Below are positions 12,081 to 24,530 of a DNA stretch of 64,000 nt, in pieces. The DNA is from Pseudogymnoascus verrucosus (taxonomy: Eukaryota). The position numbers and the translations under genes were made by a program. The notes below the pieces were generated by a model, which saw nothing but the letters and a program-made list of their open reading frames with translations, searched no databases and was not told where the DNA came from. Location: assembly GCA_001662655.1 (NCBI GenBank), contig KV460217.1; one strand, given 5' to 3'. Within the stretch, counting starts at the first letter, position 1. Every line of letters starts with the position of its first letter.

Positions 12081-12905
12081 ATGCCAGACTTGCACGTTAA
12101 TGGCGCAAAATTATACTATGAGACCTTTGGCAGTGGGCCTCTTCTGCTCCTGATTCCAGGTGCGGATGGTCGGGGAGCAGTATTCCACGACACTGCTAAA
12201 TATCTTTCGATACACTTCACAGTTGCCTGTTGGGACCGGCGGGGATTTTCCCAAAGTCTCCTTATCGGTGCACAAGACTTCGCTGATCGTCTGTCAGTTG
12301 ATGCCGATGATGCATGCGCCCTAATCCAGCACTTGTCCGACCAGCCTGCCTTTGTCTTTGGCACGTCATCAGGAGCCATTGTGGCCATGCAATTGCTCAT
12401 TCGCCACCCAGAGTGTGTGCGCGCTCTTGTTGCACACGAGCCACCAGCCTTTGCATTGCTACCTGAGGAATATCGAGCAAAAGCTGCTGGGCTTGTTGAG
12501 CACATTTACAGCCTGTATCGCGCCAAAGGTGTTCAAGCTGCCATGGAAGTTTTCTCGGGTGGACTTTCAGCGGGCGAGGATGGCGTAAGGATGCGCTATT
12601 GCATGGATACCACGCGTGGGGACGAAATCCGGGCCAACTCGATGTACTGGTTTGAGTTTGAGCTGAGGCAATACACAAGCGCGGCATTGGATGTGGAGGT
12701 TATTGTCGCAGAGAAGGAGAAGTATATCCCGGCTGCAGGAGCTACTTCCGGAGACGGACCGGGAGTTGGACCTATTGCACTGCTGGCTGGCAAGGTTGGA
12801 AAGGAGGTTGTAAGACTTCCTGGGGGTCACATTTCGTATATGGTGGAGCCAGAGATCTTCGCTGATGCATTATGGGTTTTGTTTGAGAAGGTGATCAAGA
12901 GCTAG
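12081..12905 (+). CDS. Alpha/beta-fold hydrolase (esterase-like)
   Basis: Intronless 274 aa; GPLLLLIPG, DRRGFS, nucleophile motif GTSSG, HEPP and LPGGH. Confidence 0.9.
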   Translation: MPDLHVNGAKLYYETFGSGPLLLLIPGADGRGAVFHDTAKYLSIHFTVACWDRRGFSQSLLIGAQDFADRLSVDADDACALIQHLSDQPAFVFGTSSGAIVAMQLLIRHPECVRALVAHEPPAFALLPEEYRAKAAGLVEHIYSLYRAKGVQAAMEVFSGGLSAGEDGVRMRYCMDTTRGDEIRANSMYWFEFELRQYTSAALDVEVIVAEKEKYIPAAGATSGDGPGVGPIALLAGKVGKEVVRLPGGHISYMVEPEIFADALWVLFEKVIKS

Positions 12906-12936
12906 AGAACTAAAAGCATCTTTTCTCTAATAACTT

Positions 12937-14120
12937 CTACCGTCTTATGATCACTCTCATACCCAGGCTCCCTTCTCTCACGTACGGTGTCACATGGTCT
13001 GCGACCATTTCCACATCATCCTTGGTAGTCTCGAAAAGCTCGAATGTTGAACCTGTCTGTTTTCCCGTTCCATCATAACTGTCGTATTTCCTGAAGATAC
13101 TAGCGAGTATTGTAAACAGCTCGGAATATGCCAATGGCATCTGCGAACAATCAGCGAGAACCACGTATGATGAAAATGTGACCTACACCTAGACATCTTG
13201 GAGACCCACGTGAGAAGGCAAGTTGATATCTATCGAGCCTTAGGTTGTTGAGGAATCTTTCAGGTCGGAAGACGGAAGGTAAAGGGTAGATGTCCTCGTT
13301 CCTACTTAGTAGAGGTGCAGTCACTCCCACGGGTATCTTGTTTTGTCAGCGAATTTGTACCCCGTACCTTGAACAAACCTTGACTCACTCCTTTAGGAAT
13401 CAACCATTTCATCCCAGTCTTCCTATCTTCATACAGCAGGTCCTCATCTAGCGCAACTCTTTCTTGGCGAATACTAGCGCCGGGATGCAGACGAATTCCT
13501 AATTTGACTATGGCTGTCAAGAAGGGCAGTGCTTCTAACTTATTTAACGGGGGCATATCTTGAGGGTCTGGAATTGCGCTGATCAACTCATCTCTGAGTT
13601 TCTTCAATATCCTTGGGTTTGAAAGCAGGTGGTAAGTAGTGTAAGCAAGGGTACTTGCAGTTGTGTCTGTCCTACCACCTAGGAGAACGCTCGCCTGGTC
13701 CGCTAACCGCTTGTCGCTCTTTTCTGCTTCGGGAAGATTTTGGTTCCGAATGAGACTATGGAATATGGTTTTGCTCAGACTATCGGTTTTCAACTCGTTC
13801 TTTGTCTCTTCACGGACAACTGAAATTCTGCTGTCAATGGTCTATGTAATTTAATTTAGTGCTGAGATTATTGTTTAAAGGAAGTGGTGCTGACTTTCAT
13901 GAGGGTCAGAAAGACCTCGATTTCTGGCATAAGCATTACAACAAGCCGTTGCGGAAGTGCAGTAATGGTTGGAATTAGCCATGGATTCCAGGACGCGAAA
14001 TGATATCCCTTCCCTAAGTCATGTTGGGCCGAGAAAAATGGCTCATTGAGATCTTCTTCATCCAGATTGTTATAACTTTCGCCAAAACAGTAGCCCAAGA
14101 TAATGTCGGAGGTCGTGGCA
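12937..14120 (-). pseudogene. 5'-truncated cytochrome P450
   Basis: FRPERF and heme motif FSRGSPRCLG are present. ExxR reads KLGIR and the I-helix reads GGRTDTT. The N-terminal exons are absent, replaced by an AT-rich tract from about 14120. Confidence 0.8.
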
Positions 14121-14350
14121 CAATTTTTACAAAGGTAGGGTTTTAGGGAGTACCTCCTAATTTTAACAATTATGCTAAACAGTACATAAACGTTTATAAA
14201 TCTTCTGGTAAATAATTATATACTATGGTGTAATAAACACGATATAAACGTTTATTATTAAAAGCGAACTACTTACTAATCTGTATCTAATGCAAAATAA
14301 CAACAGGGGTTACAGCTCTTTATAGGTTAGTGTACTACGCTACAACAGTT
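14121..14350. other. AT/TpA-rich tract, probable RIP-decayed repeat relic
   Basis: Abrupt switch to TpA-rich, GC-poor sequence at the P450 breakpoint; no recognisable domain. Confidence 0.4.
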
Positions 14351-14492
14351 ACTGGGATGTTGTGCTCACTGCCTTTTAAGATCGGAGTTTCGGAACTATG
14401 TCGCTACTTTCAACGACATCTCACCCTTTCAAGCTAGACGCAGCAAATGGAAATGCTGACAATTTCCATTTTCTCATGGCTAAATCTATAAA

Positions 14493-15938
14493 ATGGAGAA
14501 TACTTCGCGCAGGGAAGGCACTGGGAAAGCGCCGATAAAACCAGGACGCCGAAACCACAAAAAATCGAGAGGTGGATGTGGCAATTGTAAACTCCGAAGT
14601 GTCAAAGTGAGACTTGTGGGGACGCCGCCCTATCCTTCAATCCTGCTGACATTGATCTCCAGTGTGATGAGACCAAACCGGGCTGCAAGAGATGCAGTGC
14701 GTACGGGGTATCATGCAGCTACAATCCCAATGCTGCGGATCTGCAGCCCTTGTTTGTTGGTACCACGACCATGAAACAGGGCTCTCCAAAGGCACAACAC
14801 CCAATCATCCAGGCCGCCCAACCAAACCATAATCACCTTTCAATGGTTCACGCCCCCCCACGTCTTACCAATGCTACACCTATCCTCTCAGATGGCTATG
14901 CGGGCATTGAGATGGACACACAGAGCCTCGAGCGCTTACGGCGCTTTCATCTTAGAACCGTACCAACCATGGGAGGCCCCGAGGCGGCGGAATTCTACCA
15001 GAGCCACGCCCTTAAAATGGCCTGCTCCGTAAGTGCTCACACGACCCATTATCACGTCGACGCTAACACGTGCTCACAACTAGGCTCCGTACGTGATGCA
15101 CCTTGTACAGGCCCTAACATCCCTGCACGATCGACACTTCTCAGGCCAGCCCAACAAGCGACAGATTGCTGCGGAATCCTACCACCTCTCACGCGCCGCC
15201 GCACAGTTTAACCGGAAGCTATCCGAACCACTCGCACGTGCCGACCGTGACGCCGTATGGGCAGCCGGCTGCCTTATAGGCTGGATAGTCTTCTGCTCGA
15301 TCGACGCGAAACAGGCATCAGAGGCGTGGCCACTCGCACCATCAAAGCCATCGGATCTGGAGTGGATACGCATGAATGATGCCAAAGCCTTGCTATGGGG
15401 TATTACAGATCCAATGCGGGCCGATAGCATGTTCAGTATAATGTCCACCGAGTATGCTGCCGGGATGCACAAGACATCCGCGGCCGATATAGGTATCCCG
15501 CCCGCATTCTCACGATTATATGGGCTTGATGACCCCGAGTCCGAGAGTGGCCCGTATGCCGTTGCCGTGCGAGCACTAGTAGCGTTGCTGCCAGTCGAAT
15601 GCGACTGCCAAAACTACGTGACCTTTTTTCTCTTCCAGGGGCACATGCAGCCGGCCTTCAGGGAGCTGTTGGCACAGAGGGACGCCCGTGCTCTGCTGTT
15701 GCTAGCGTATTGGTATGCGAAGATCTGCCAGTCGGTGTGGTGGCTAGAGCGGCGCGCGACGCTCGAGTGCCAGGCTATTTGTGTGTACCTCGAGCGGTAT
15801 CATGGCGGAGATACTGAGATTCAGGAGCTGTTGCATTACCCACGAATGCGATGTGGGATGTTGGCACAGGATGGTCCGCAGTATAAGACCGGGGTTGCTG
15901 TTGATGGCCATGGTACTACTTATCTTATGTACCCATAA
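14493..15938 (+). CDS. Zn(II)2Cys6 transcription factor, Upc2/sterol-uptake-control-like architecture
   Basis: RRNHKKSRGGCGNCKLRSVK|CDETKPGCKRC..GVSC spans an intron. C-terminal motifs MHLVQALTSLH, DAVWAA and ALLLLAYWY. Confidence 0.88.
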
Positions 15939-16849
15939 GGATGTTATCTGTTGTCACAAAATATCTAACTAAATGCATACATTTGGCTCATGCGCTTGGA
16001 AACAACATCTATAATGGACCGACATCCACAGCCCTCTGCTACTGCCCTATCCTCGTGCTCCAGGTGGACAGTGACACGTAAGAAGCGTAGCGCCAATATG
16101 AAAATAGAGGATCAACTGCGGCATGGCCGCAGCACTACGACCCTCTACAGTATCAACCAATGGCATACCCTTTCGCGGCGGTCACCCGGATCTACGCAGG
16201 TCCCTTAACCCCTAAGCTGTGAAACATATACCCCACAAGTGACAACCCCACAATTGCAGTGGCTATGGTTAATGCCTCTCTGCTTATGGCATAGGATGTA
16301 ATTGCGGCTGGCGATTAAGTTTGCAGATCAAATATTAGCCGGAACGCCATGTTATTACCGTATTTAATTATTATTACCTCACACTGCGTTTCCCTACGAG
16401 GCAATATTCATGTCCTGCAGTCTATGCGCCTCCCTGAGATAAAAATGACATGCTTGCTTGATACGACAAGAAGCAACCTCCGATAAAGATATGTATGTAA
16501 GCGGTGAGGGACTGTGCAAGTGGAGAGCTGAGAAAAGAGGGGAGTGGACTGTGGTGATGGTGGTTGGTTACAATCAATATATATCATATTTACACTGCAT
16601 GCTTGTCTTGAACGTCGATCCAATTAGCATCCTTACTTTGCAGGAATTCTTCAAATGGCAACAAGCAACAACTAGACGTATGCTGAACTAAAACATGACT
16701 ATCATTAACCAATTTGTACACGTCTACTTCTACTTATGGGAGACTAATATATATCTATAAGTATAAGGCTCCTAGATGTAAGTTTCAAACAAAATCATCA
16801 ACAAGCCAATTAAACAAATAAACCCAATCACTATATTCGAAACGCAACC

Positions 16850-17231
16850 ATGGAGCCAACTACCCAGCAAGCGTACGTACAACTCAATTGCCAAAACCAC
16901 GAAGATGACCTTGTTAATGGATTATTTCAATTATAGTTCTTCTGCCCCACAGGTCCCAGCACCTGGTGTTAAGGTTAGTTGCTCATTTCTTCACTCACGA
17001 TTAGCCGCTTACAGGTCCCCAAGGCTGTATCTTGGTGCAACAATAACAGAGATACGGATTGCTAGTGGATTATCACACGCATATATACACAAGGTAAGAT
17101 TTTCAACTCGCATTTTCCGGAATTCATTACTAAATAATTATTAGGCAAAATTGGCATATAAAGACGCAGTATTCGGGGGGAGTCGAGATGCTCATTATCA
17201 ACTTTCGGATACTATGAAGGTGAAAGGATAG
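16850..17231 (+). CDS. Possible small spliced orphan gene (~88 aa)
   Basis: TATA-like sequence near 16756 and ATG in CAACCATGG context. GTACGT..TAG and GTAAGA..TAG introns join an open frame (MEPTTQQASSAPQ...MKVKG*). No recognisable domain. Confidence 0.25.
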
Positions 17232-18710
17232 ATAGTACTCTAGGCGTGGTTTTTGCTACGGGTTTCCCACGCCGCATGCGCAAATGCGGGAGTTGTCCTT
17301 ATTCAGAAAAAAACCCCAAAAACCCAGTTGAAATGCTATTATCCACGTCCCTTTGTGATTTTACTATGGCAATGTGATCAATTCCGACCTTGTCATCATA
17401 TGCCCTAAATTGAATATATATTTGATGCCCATGCCGTCTTCCTCCGAACGCACAACATCAAAGGCTCTCTATCACTAGATTTAACCTAGCAAACAAGACA
17501 AAAACAGCTCCCACCCATCCAAGACAGGTACTATCAAATCCTCCCCAAGATCCACCCAAACTACCCCGTCTTACATCGTACAACCCCTACGCTCAACGCC
17601 GATCTTTGCCCTTACCTATATAAAACGGTCATCTCCCGCATTACCACCAAGAATCAGCCTCCAATGCCTCATCGGCATTGTGATAGATCACCAGCGAGAT
17701 CCGAGACATTACCGTCATAGTATTTCAGCCGCCATCCGCTCCAAACAAGACTGTCATAGCCCCATGTTTTCCTCGTCGCACCGCCAACTAGAGCTAATTC
17801 CTGTTGGCTTTGCGGCTTGTGTTGTGACCGAGATGGATATAGTAAAATATTTAACTCACCCACAGCGTTTTCAAACCCCCAATCAAAACGTAGGAACTTA
17901 ATGGCTTAGGGCAATAATTAATAAGCTATTTACTTAAAAATAAAACAAGAGAAATAAATCCTATCGCGGTAAATTCCCGGTATCAACCCCCAGGTATCCA
18001 TACCCCCCCCCCCCCCCCAAAAAAAAAGACACCTAGGTAGCACCAGTCTCATCAACCCCGTGTAATACAAGCTTTCAACCCCACGACAATATCCACACCT
18101 TCACCCCCCTCCTCGCCCAAAACCACACCATCCCCCATCAAACCCAGGCACCACGATCTCAACCCCCCCCCCGATCCCGATCACCCCACACCCACCCACA
18201 CCGTCATCCTCCTACAAACCCGGCTCAAAAAACCAACCCCAAAGCAACGAATGAAGTGCTTAATTCTTAGATTGTACTATATCTCAACCAGCTTGCTTCG
18301 TTATAGAGAAAGTGCTAATATGGAATGAAAAGTGTGGTGCAGGAATAAAACAGATTCCACCATTATGTAGGGAGGGACAGGGAAATGGGGGAGTACAAAG
18401 AAGGAAGAGATGCCGGCAGTTATATACTTCTGCCATCTTTCTCCTTCATTGAAAACCAACAGTAAAGATTACAATCCGCGAATTCCAAAGCACAAAATCC
18501 CCTCTTCAAATAAACACCACCGTACGCCCCCCTCCCCTCCTTTACCACCCCGCAAGCAACCCCTATAGCCCCCCAACTAACAGCCCTCACCCCAGACCAC
18601 CACCCAAAAATTAANNTTAACACTCACCGGATTCGGCCCCTTCGGCTGCCCATCAACCTTCTTCTTCTTCACCTCCCCCACCCCCTCCTCCCCCTCCTCC
18701 CTCTGCCTCT

Positions 18711-18935
18711 CTCATCCCCACCCTCCTCCTCGCCCTCCTCCCCCTCCCCACCCTCGCCAACGCCTGCATCCCTAACGACGACTGCGTAAGCAGCTGCGTC
18801 GGGTACGACTGCTCCAACGAAGGGGACCGGGAGGCCTTCGAGCGGAATAAGAAGAATGCCGGGGTTAACTTCTGGAATGGGCTGGGGCTGGGGGTGGGGT
18901 GTAATAATGCTTGTGAGAGGTGTCCTTGTTCGTAG
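18711..18935 (+). CDS. Small cysteine-rich, probably secreted protein (start codon not visible)
   Basis: Reads LIPTLLLALLPLPTLA-NACIPNDDCVSSCVGYDCSNEG...GCNNACERCPCS*: a hydrophobic signal-like stretch followed by 8 Cys. No in-frame ATG back to the NN ambiguity at 18615-18616. Confidence 0.55.
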   Translation, partial: LIPTLLLALLPLPTLANACIPNDDCVSSCVGYDCSNEGDREAFERNKKNAGVNFWNGLGLGVGCNNACERCPCS

Positions 18936-19151
18936 GTGTTGGGGAGGAGGGTAGTGTGTTGGGGGGGGAGGTGAAATGGGGTTGGAGGTCAGTTAGGGTT
19001 TTGATGGATGGTTTTGTGGTGGGGATTGTTGTGGTTAAGGGGGTTCATTTATATTGACATTCGTATCCTTGGATTGTCAAGTAAGGTCGGTATATTCGTG
19101 AACGAGATATCCATTAGAAGCAGAACAGATCTTGAGTGAAATATGACAATG

Positions 19152-21305
19152 TTATGCGACTAAAATCATATGACATTTTCTCTTGGCTGCCTCCTCATAG
19201 GCACAATTCAGACAGCAATCCGCCTGTAATAGTGTAGGTCGGCCACGGCAACAGGCAAACAGCTGCGCAACTGGGTTTCGCGAAACCTGCACAATCGCAA
19301 GCTTCCCCTTGCTTGCCAGGGGGGATGCGACAGACGTCGTGAACACGGCATCTTCGTGCTGTGATTCCAAGGGCGTATCTGGTGGGTGATCGCATGGCTC
19401 TGTCTCGCGAACTGCCCATGAAGCAATGATTGTATGCCCAAGTACGAGATGCGCAATTTCGCCTCCTACACGAATAGTCGAGGTTAATTCAAGGGAGGAA
19501 ATACTCTCTACTATGGTCATCTCCAAACTAGAGTGTTCTCCAATACTAGACGGGGTTATTTGCTGGCCCTGGTGTATATTATTTTCCGCATCTGGCCTAA
19601 CTGGCCCAACGGCCTTGAGCGACGCGTGGTATCGACCATTAAAAACAAGCTGGCCTTCCATTAAAATAAATGGGGCATTCATTTTATTTGGAAGTTGAGG
19701 CGTTTGAAGTGCTGCCATGTAGACTGTGCTCGAATTCGAACTACCAGCAACATAATTACCAGCAAAATCCCGGTTCGTCCTGGTACAGGTCGTCATTATA
19801 TAGCGGTGGATGACTTCGCAATAGTCATACTTATTATTTTCAGCATTCTTAGCATAAAAATCTTGCGTCTGATCCAGAAGATCTAGTATAATGTTTAGAT
19901 ATGCCGATCGAAACGTGAGCGCAATTGGATTTGGAATGGTTGCACAATCGTCTGCATCAACAAATAAACAAGCGAATCCACAACTAATAGCCATTCCAAC
20001 CGCACTCCACAATCGATAGAGTGAGCAAGACCAATTCCTGCTGAGATGGTCATGAAACTGCCAGCCAAGTTCCGTAGAACATCGCGTCTGTGTTATGCAA
20101 CTGCAGGAGACTGTGGGTGTCGCCTCATCGAATGCCAGTACTAAATCATGGAATGCGCTCTCCACAGATGATGGAGGCTTAGCCCAACCTGGTGGTATTC
20201 TCCAGAGCTTCTGGCAGATTTTGTCTATACGCTCATGAGGATAGGGCCCCAATAATTTGATGGCACCATGACCTCTTCGGAAGCCCGTTGTATCAGATCG
20301 ATGGTCAACACCGTCCAATTTTTTGGCCAACGGCTCTAGCGTGGCGCAACACGCAATCCGGAGAGGCTCGGGGCATATCATTCCGTCTTCCATAAACATA
20401 ACTTGCAGCATATCCGCCATGCATCCAGTCCATTTGTAGCAGTACCCCTCATTGGGAGGTGTCTTGATGCCTTCTACTATCGGGAGAATGGGGACTGTTT
20501 TGTGGATCTGTAGTTTCGACTCTATTTGAAAGTTTACGAACCCATCGGAGTCCGTAAACTCAACCAGTATTGACTTCCGTAGCCCCTCAAAGACTATCAC
20601 ATTCTCCATGGTGACAAACGCATCTTCGGGAAACATTATCGTGACAATCGCCAAGATAAGCCCCATCGACTGAGAGCCACGAATACGAACAATGATGGAT
20701 TCTTCTCGGATGGCCCGTGTAATGGCATGCAACAGTTCCGCCATGGATTCTGGTGTAATCTTGTCCAAAAAGTTACCTGGTACAGGTTTTCCAAAGTGTT
20801 TGTAGGCGTCATAAACCCTTACGACCTGGGAGGCGAGAATGTTGCCGAATCCCAGCACTTCAAGTTTAGAACTGAGAGTCCTGGCGACCTTGACGAGCTG
20901 TGATGGGCTTGATATTGCAACGGTTTGGGACAGCATGGCTTTGCTCAGCCCAGAAAGTAGTCGTCCTGTATTAAACTCATCGTAGAGATTTAGTATGCAC
21001 ATTGAAAGTAGTGAAATAGCCTGACCTCCCGCAGACTGGGCCATCAACGACGCCGAATCGCCTTTCCGCCAGCCAACGAGTAGACCGAGCCGATCCAGCC
21101 GAGTGCTTTTGCATCGCTGAAGGAGATCTGGGACCTGGAGAGCGTATTGCCCGTTGATATGAAAAAGAGAGCCCAAGTTCTCCATCTGAACCATGGCCAG
21201 TGGTGTCACGTCGTCAGCAGACAGGGCTGAGAGGACTGGTGCGAATGCTGCGAGTCCATTGAGCGTGAGACCGCCGACGTCAACTTGTGGCGCGACTTGA
21301 GACAT
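19152..21305 (-). CDS. Hypothetical protein, 717 aa, intronless, Cys-rich C-terminus (CCLNC)
   Basis: Long uninterrupted ORF with globular-protein composition; no family recognised. Confidence 0.8.
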   Translation of the reverse strand: MSQVAPQVDVGGLTLNGLAAFAPVLSALSADDVTPLAMVQMENLGSLFHINGQYALQVPDLLQRCKSTRLDRLGLLVGWRKGDSASLMAQSAGGQAISLLSMCILNLYDEFNTGRLLSGLSKAMLSQTVAISSPSQLVKVARTLSSKLEVLGFGNILASQVVRVYDAYKHFGKPVPGNFLDKITPESMAELLHAITRAIREESIIVRIRGSQSMGLILAIVTIMFPEDAFVTMENVIVFEGLRKSILVEFTDSDGFVNFQIESKLQIHKTVPILPIVEGIKTPPNEGYCYKWTGCMADMLQVMFMEDGMICPEPLRIACCATLEPLAKKLDGVDHRSDTTGFRRGHGAIKLLGPYPHERIDKICQKLWRIPPGWAKPPSSVESAFHDLVLAFDEATPTVSCSCITQTRCSTELGWQFHDHLSRNWSCSLYRLWSAVGMAISCGFACLFVDADDCATIPNPIALTFRSAYLNIILDLLDQTQDFYAKNAENNKYDYCEVIHRYIMTTCTRTNRDFAGNYVAGSSNSSTVYMAALQTPQLPNKMNAPFILMEGQLVFNGRYHASLKAVGPVRPDAENNIHQGQQITPSSIGEHSSLEMTIVESISSLELTSTIRVGGEIAHLVLGHTIIASWAVRETEPCDHPPDTPLESQHEDAVFTTSVASPLASKGKLAIVQVSRNPVAQLFACCRGRPTLLQADCCLNCAYEEAAKRKCHMILVA

Positions 21306-22161
21306 TGTTGAGGTCTGAAGCTGAGACTTCGGCGTCGGCAGTTTTGTGGTTATCGTTCGACGATGCTGGAGACTGAACTCATGGATGTTAACCAGAGAAG
21401 GCTTGGCGATGCGAGGCTATGCACAATCGTCAAACATCAAGATGATTCGCTAGGTGGTGATATAGCCAAGCACTGGACTGTATATGCAGGTATGCCCAAC
21501 AGGGGCTCATCAGGCACTCCGCGGCTGTTGCCATCATACCAGGGGTGGCATCGTCAAGTAAATGGAAATTACAGAGGTGAACAGAGTGAGAAAGAAATCT
21601 GGGACTTCACCGTGTCCACGACAGCTGTCGACATTTGTGTAGTTGGCAAGTTTGTGAATGGAGAATATGGCGGGAAAGGCGAAGTTAAATGCCGTTCATA
21701 TGGCTATGGCAGGCACGGCTTCGTTCTTGCTGTGACAGGAGCACAGTTGAAGCCTCAGCCTCGCTCTTGCCATGAATGGTAGTAGTTTTGGCTTTGGTTG
21801 GGAAGGAGCGGTTGATATACGACACGACAACTTACTGTGGCAGGAGCGGGTTTACACCCTCGCGCTTGCTATAGATGGAAGGCAAGAGCGCCTGATACAC
21901 GACAGCCTACAGCGGCAGGAGCGCTTGACACCAGTCTAGCAGCGGCTATCTCATAGTCGCCTCATAGTGGTTCTATGTTGATGATGACAGATACCATCTG
22001 CGACTTACCTTATCTATTCTAGGAAAAACATGCTGTACTGTACAAAGTAGATATGTAAGTGGCACTCACTTGGGGGAGTATACCGTGAGAATCACGTGTT
22101 GTGTTGAGTGTATGGTGAAAATCACGTGTTGAACATAACACCTCGCCGAAAGGAAAGAACG

Positions 22162-22205
22162 GCCGGTGTCCAGTGTCCGGTGTCCGGTGTGTTGTCCGGT
22201 GTCGG
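22162..22205. repeat. Short degenerate tandem repeat (CCGGTGT-like units)
   Basis: gccggtgtccagtgtccggtgtccggtgtgttgtccggtgtcgg. Confidence 0.6.
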
Positions 22206-24440
22206 AAGTGATAAGCCGGGGAGAAGCCGGGGAAGGAGTGGGGTGGGGTGGGTACAAAGGGACCAAACAAAAAAGGTACACAGCACACACGGACACACAC
22301 TTATCAAGGTACTTCTAGTAATCATGATCAGGTACAAACAAGATGTGCGGGACGATGCAGATAACCCCCCCGCAGCCCTGCAGAGGTACATGCGATCACA
22401 GGTATTCTGCCGTGCATATCGTATGTACCCTCAGCTGTGTTTCATCCCTGGGCGTGTGTGTGTGTGTTCTGCATGTTCTGCATCTTCCGTCTTCCGCATC
22501 TGATTTTATCTCCCCATGGCAACAACAGGCGGCCGGCAGCGGGTAGTCACGGGATCACACTACGGAGGGAGTGACATGCTGCCGCCTGTTCCTCCCTCCT
22601 TCCCTATGTCTTATAGCAGGTACGCGTAGTAGTTCGGTCGCACCTGCCGTTTTCTACTGTATCTCTTCCCGGGGAGATACCGAAGAGATAGCCCATCACG
22701 TGTCTCACCCTCCCTCTCCCTCACTGACACCACTCCAACCCGCCTCTCAACCTCGGCGAACCCCTCATTTCGCACATCCCGCCCACCCCGGCGCACACAC
22801 CACAGACACACACCACATACCATACACCATACACACGTACACACCACACACCCCCTCTTCTTCCCTCACCCCCTCTCTCCCATCACCTCCCAATCCCAAT
22901 CTCGGCACACCGCAACCAACCCGCCCACACGCACGCACTCACCTCTCAGCCCGCAGCCCGCGTAGCCCGCGCAGCCCGGCAACGCACGCCACGCCGCACC
23001 GCACCCCACAGCACAGCACAGCGCATTCCCCCACCCGGCCACCCGGCCACCACCCACCCGGCCACCTCCGAGGAGACCGAACACGCTGGGTGGAGGGGAG
23101 GAGGGCACACCAATCAAGGCGGGCATTCCGCCGCGACCGAGCAGAGGGACACCAGTAATATGGGCTCCTGCCGGTCTGGTGTTTGTAGGGATGGGTTTCC
23201 GGTGTGTGTACGCGGCGTGGTGGGAGTGAGTACAGTACAGCACAGGATGAACAGAATGAACAGCACATCATACACCACTACTTACAGGATAGGCCGACAG
23301 ACAGACACCCACTGTGCCGCCCAGCCCACAGATCACCCACACCCACATGTTGCAGTACATATTCCGCGCGTAGACACACCCTCGGCCATTCTCCCCCGCC
23401 CCGGACCCCATTAATTGGTGTGAAATGGGACCAATTTTATCGCGGGGGGGGCGGGGGAATGGGGGAGAAAAGTGTGATGATGGGGGATGGGGCGGCTCAG
23501 CCACGCCAGACACGGGCGGAGGTAGGCCGAAGATAATGTACACTTCGGTATTACGAAGTATGAGAGAGTACATCCACCGTTAGTCTTCTTCACCGTGCGA
23601 TAACGTGCAGCTCGGTCGGAGAATGAGACGCCATGGGATTTCCATAGTATGTATGTACACCACCATACAAAATAGTATGATAAGGTACATCCACCCTAAG
23701 GCTAGACACGGGCGGGGAACGGAAGGGGTCCAGAGGTCCAGAGATCTAGACATCTAGAGGGTCCAGAGGGGTCCAGCTGAAAAAGAAGTAGAAGACACAG
23801 GCACAAGGGAGACATTTATTTGAAGCCCTGCCAGCTCCTAACGCCCATCAGTCAGCGTGCCTCCGTAACTCTGTGCCGTACTGTACTGTGCCATACTGTA
23901 CACATTTCCCCCCGTCCCTCCCGCTTCATTTTTCATCCGCCTCTTCCCCCCCGCCTCCTCCCCTACCCCCCGGTCTCTCTCCCCTCAGCTCTCTCTGCCG
24001 ACCACCGCCCGACCGACAGGCCGACGCTGCTCGCCGCGCACACCACCACACCGCGCACCCCGCCCCGCACTCATCACCCACCCACCACCACAGGACAGGA
24101 CAGGCCAGGCCAGCCCGCGACGACACCTGCCCGTCGGTCGGGTCGGCGTGACTTTTGTTTCCTTTCTTTTCCCGCTTCTGTCTTTCCTCTCTTTTCTACC
24201 TTACACTTACACCTTTACTACAATCTGCGATCGATCGATCGACCTTTTGTCTCCACGATCCTTACTACCGCGATTCTTTGATCTGCTGCTGGATATCCGC
24301 TCTTTCGCCTCTGGACTGCTGGGCCTGCCTCACCGAGGGAGGAGTACTACTACTATTATACCGTATTGGGAAGTACATACATACGTACAGACGCACACCG
24401 AGGATATTCTTCACGTATACTGTACTATCTACCTCTCTTC

Positions 24441-24530
24441 CACGCAAACAAATCCACGCCGGACAACACACACACATACCACGCCGAACAACACGCAAAC
24501 AAATCCACGCCGAACGACACACGCCGAACA
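24441..24530 (+). repeat. Tandem duplication upstream of the TF gene
   Basis: CACGCAAACAAATCCACGCCG occurs twice (near 24441 and 24492), with further CACGCCGAAC units. Confidence 0.65.

Noticed and set aside
18003..18028. C-run followed by an A-run (also 26030-26049)
   Set aside because: Simple homopolymers, the second inside an intron; no TSD or SINE/retrocopy features.
21363..21782. 139-aa ORF divergent from the 717-aa gene
   Set aside because: It starts only about 57 bp from the neighbouring ATG and has no motif support.
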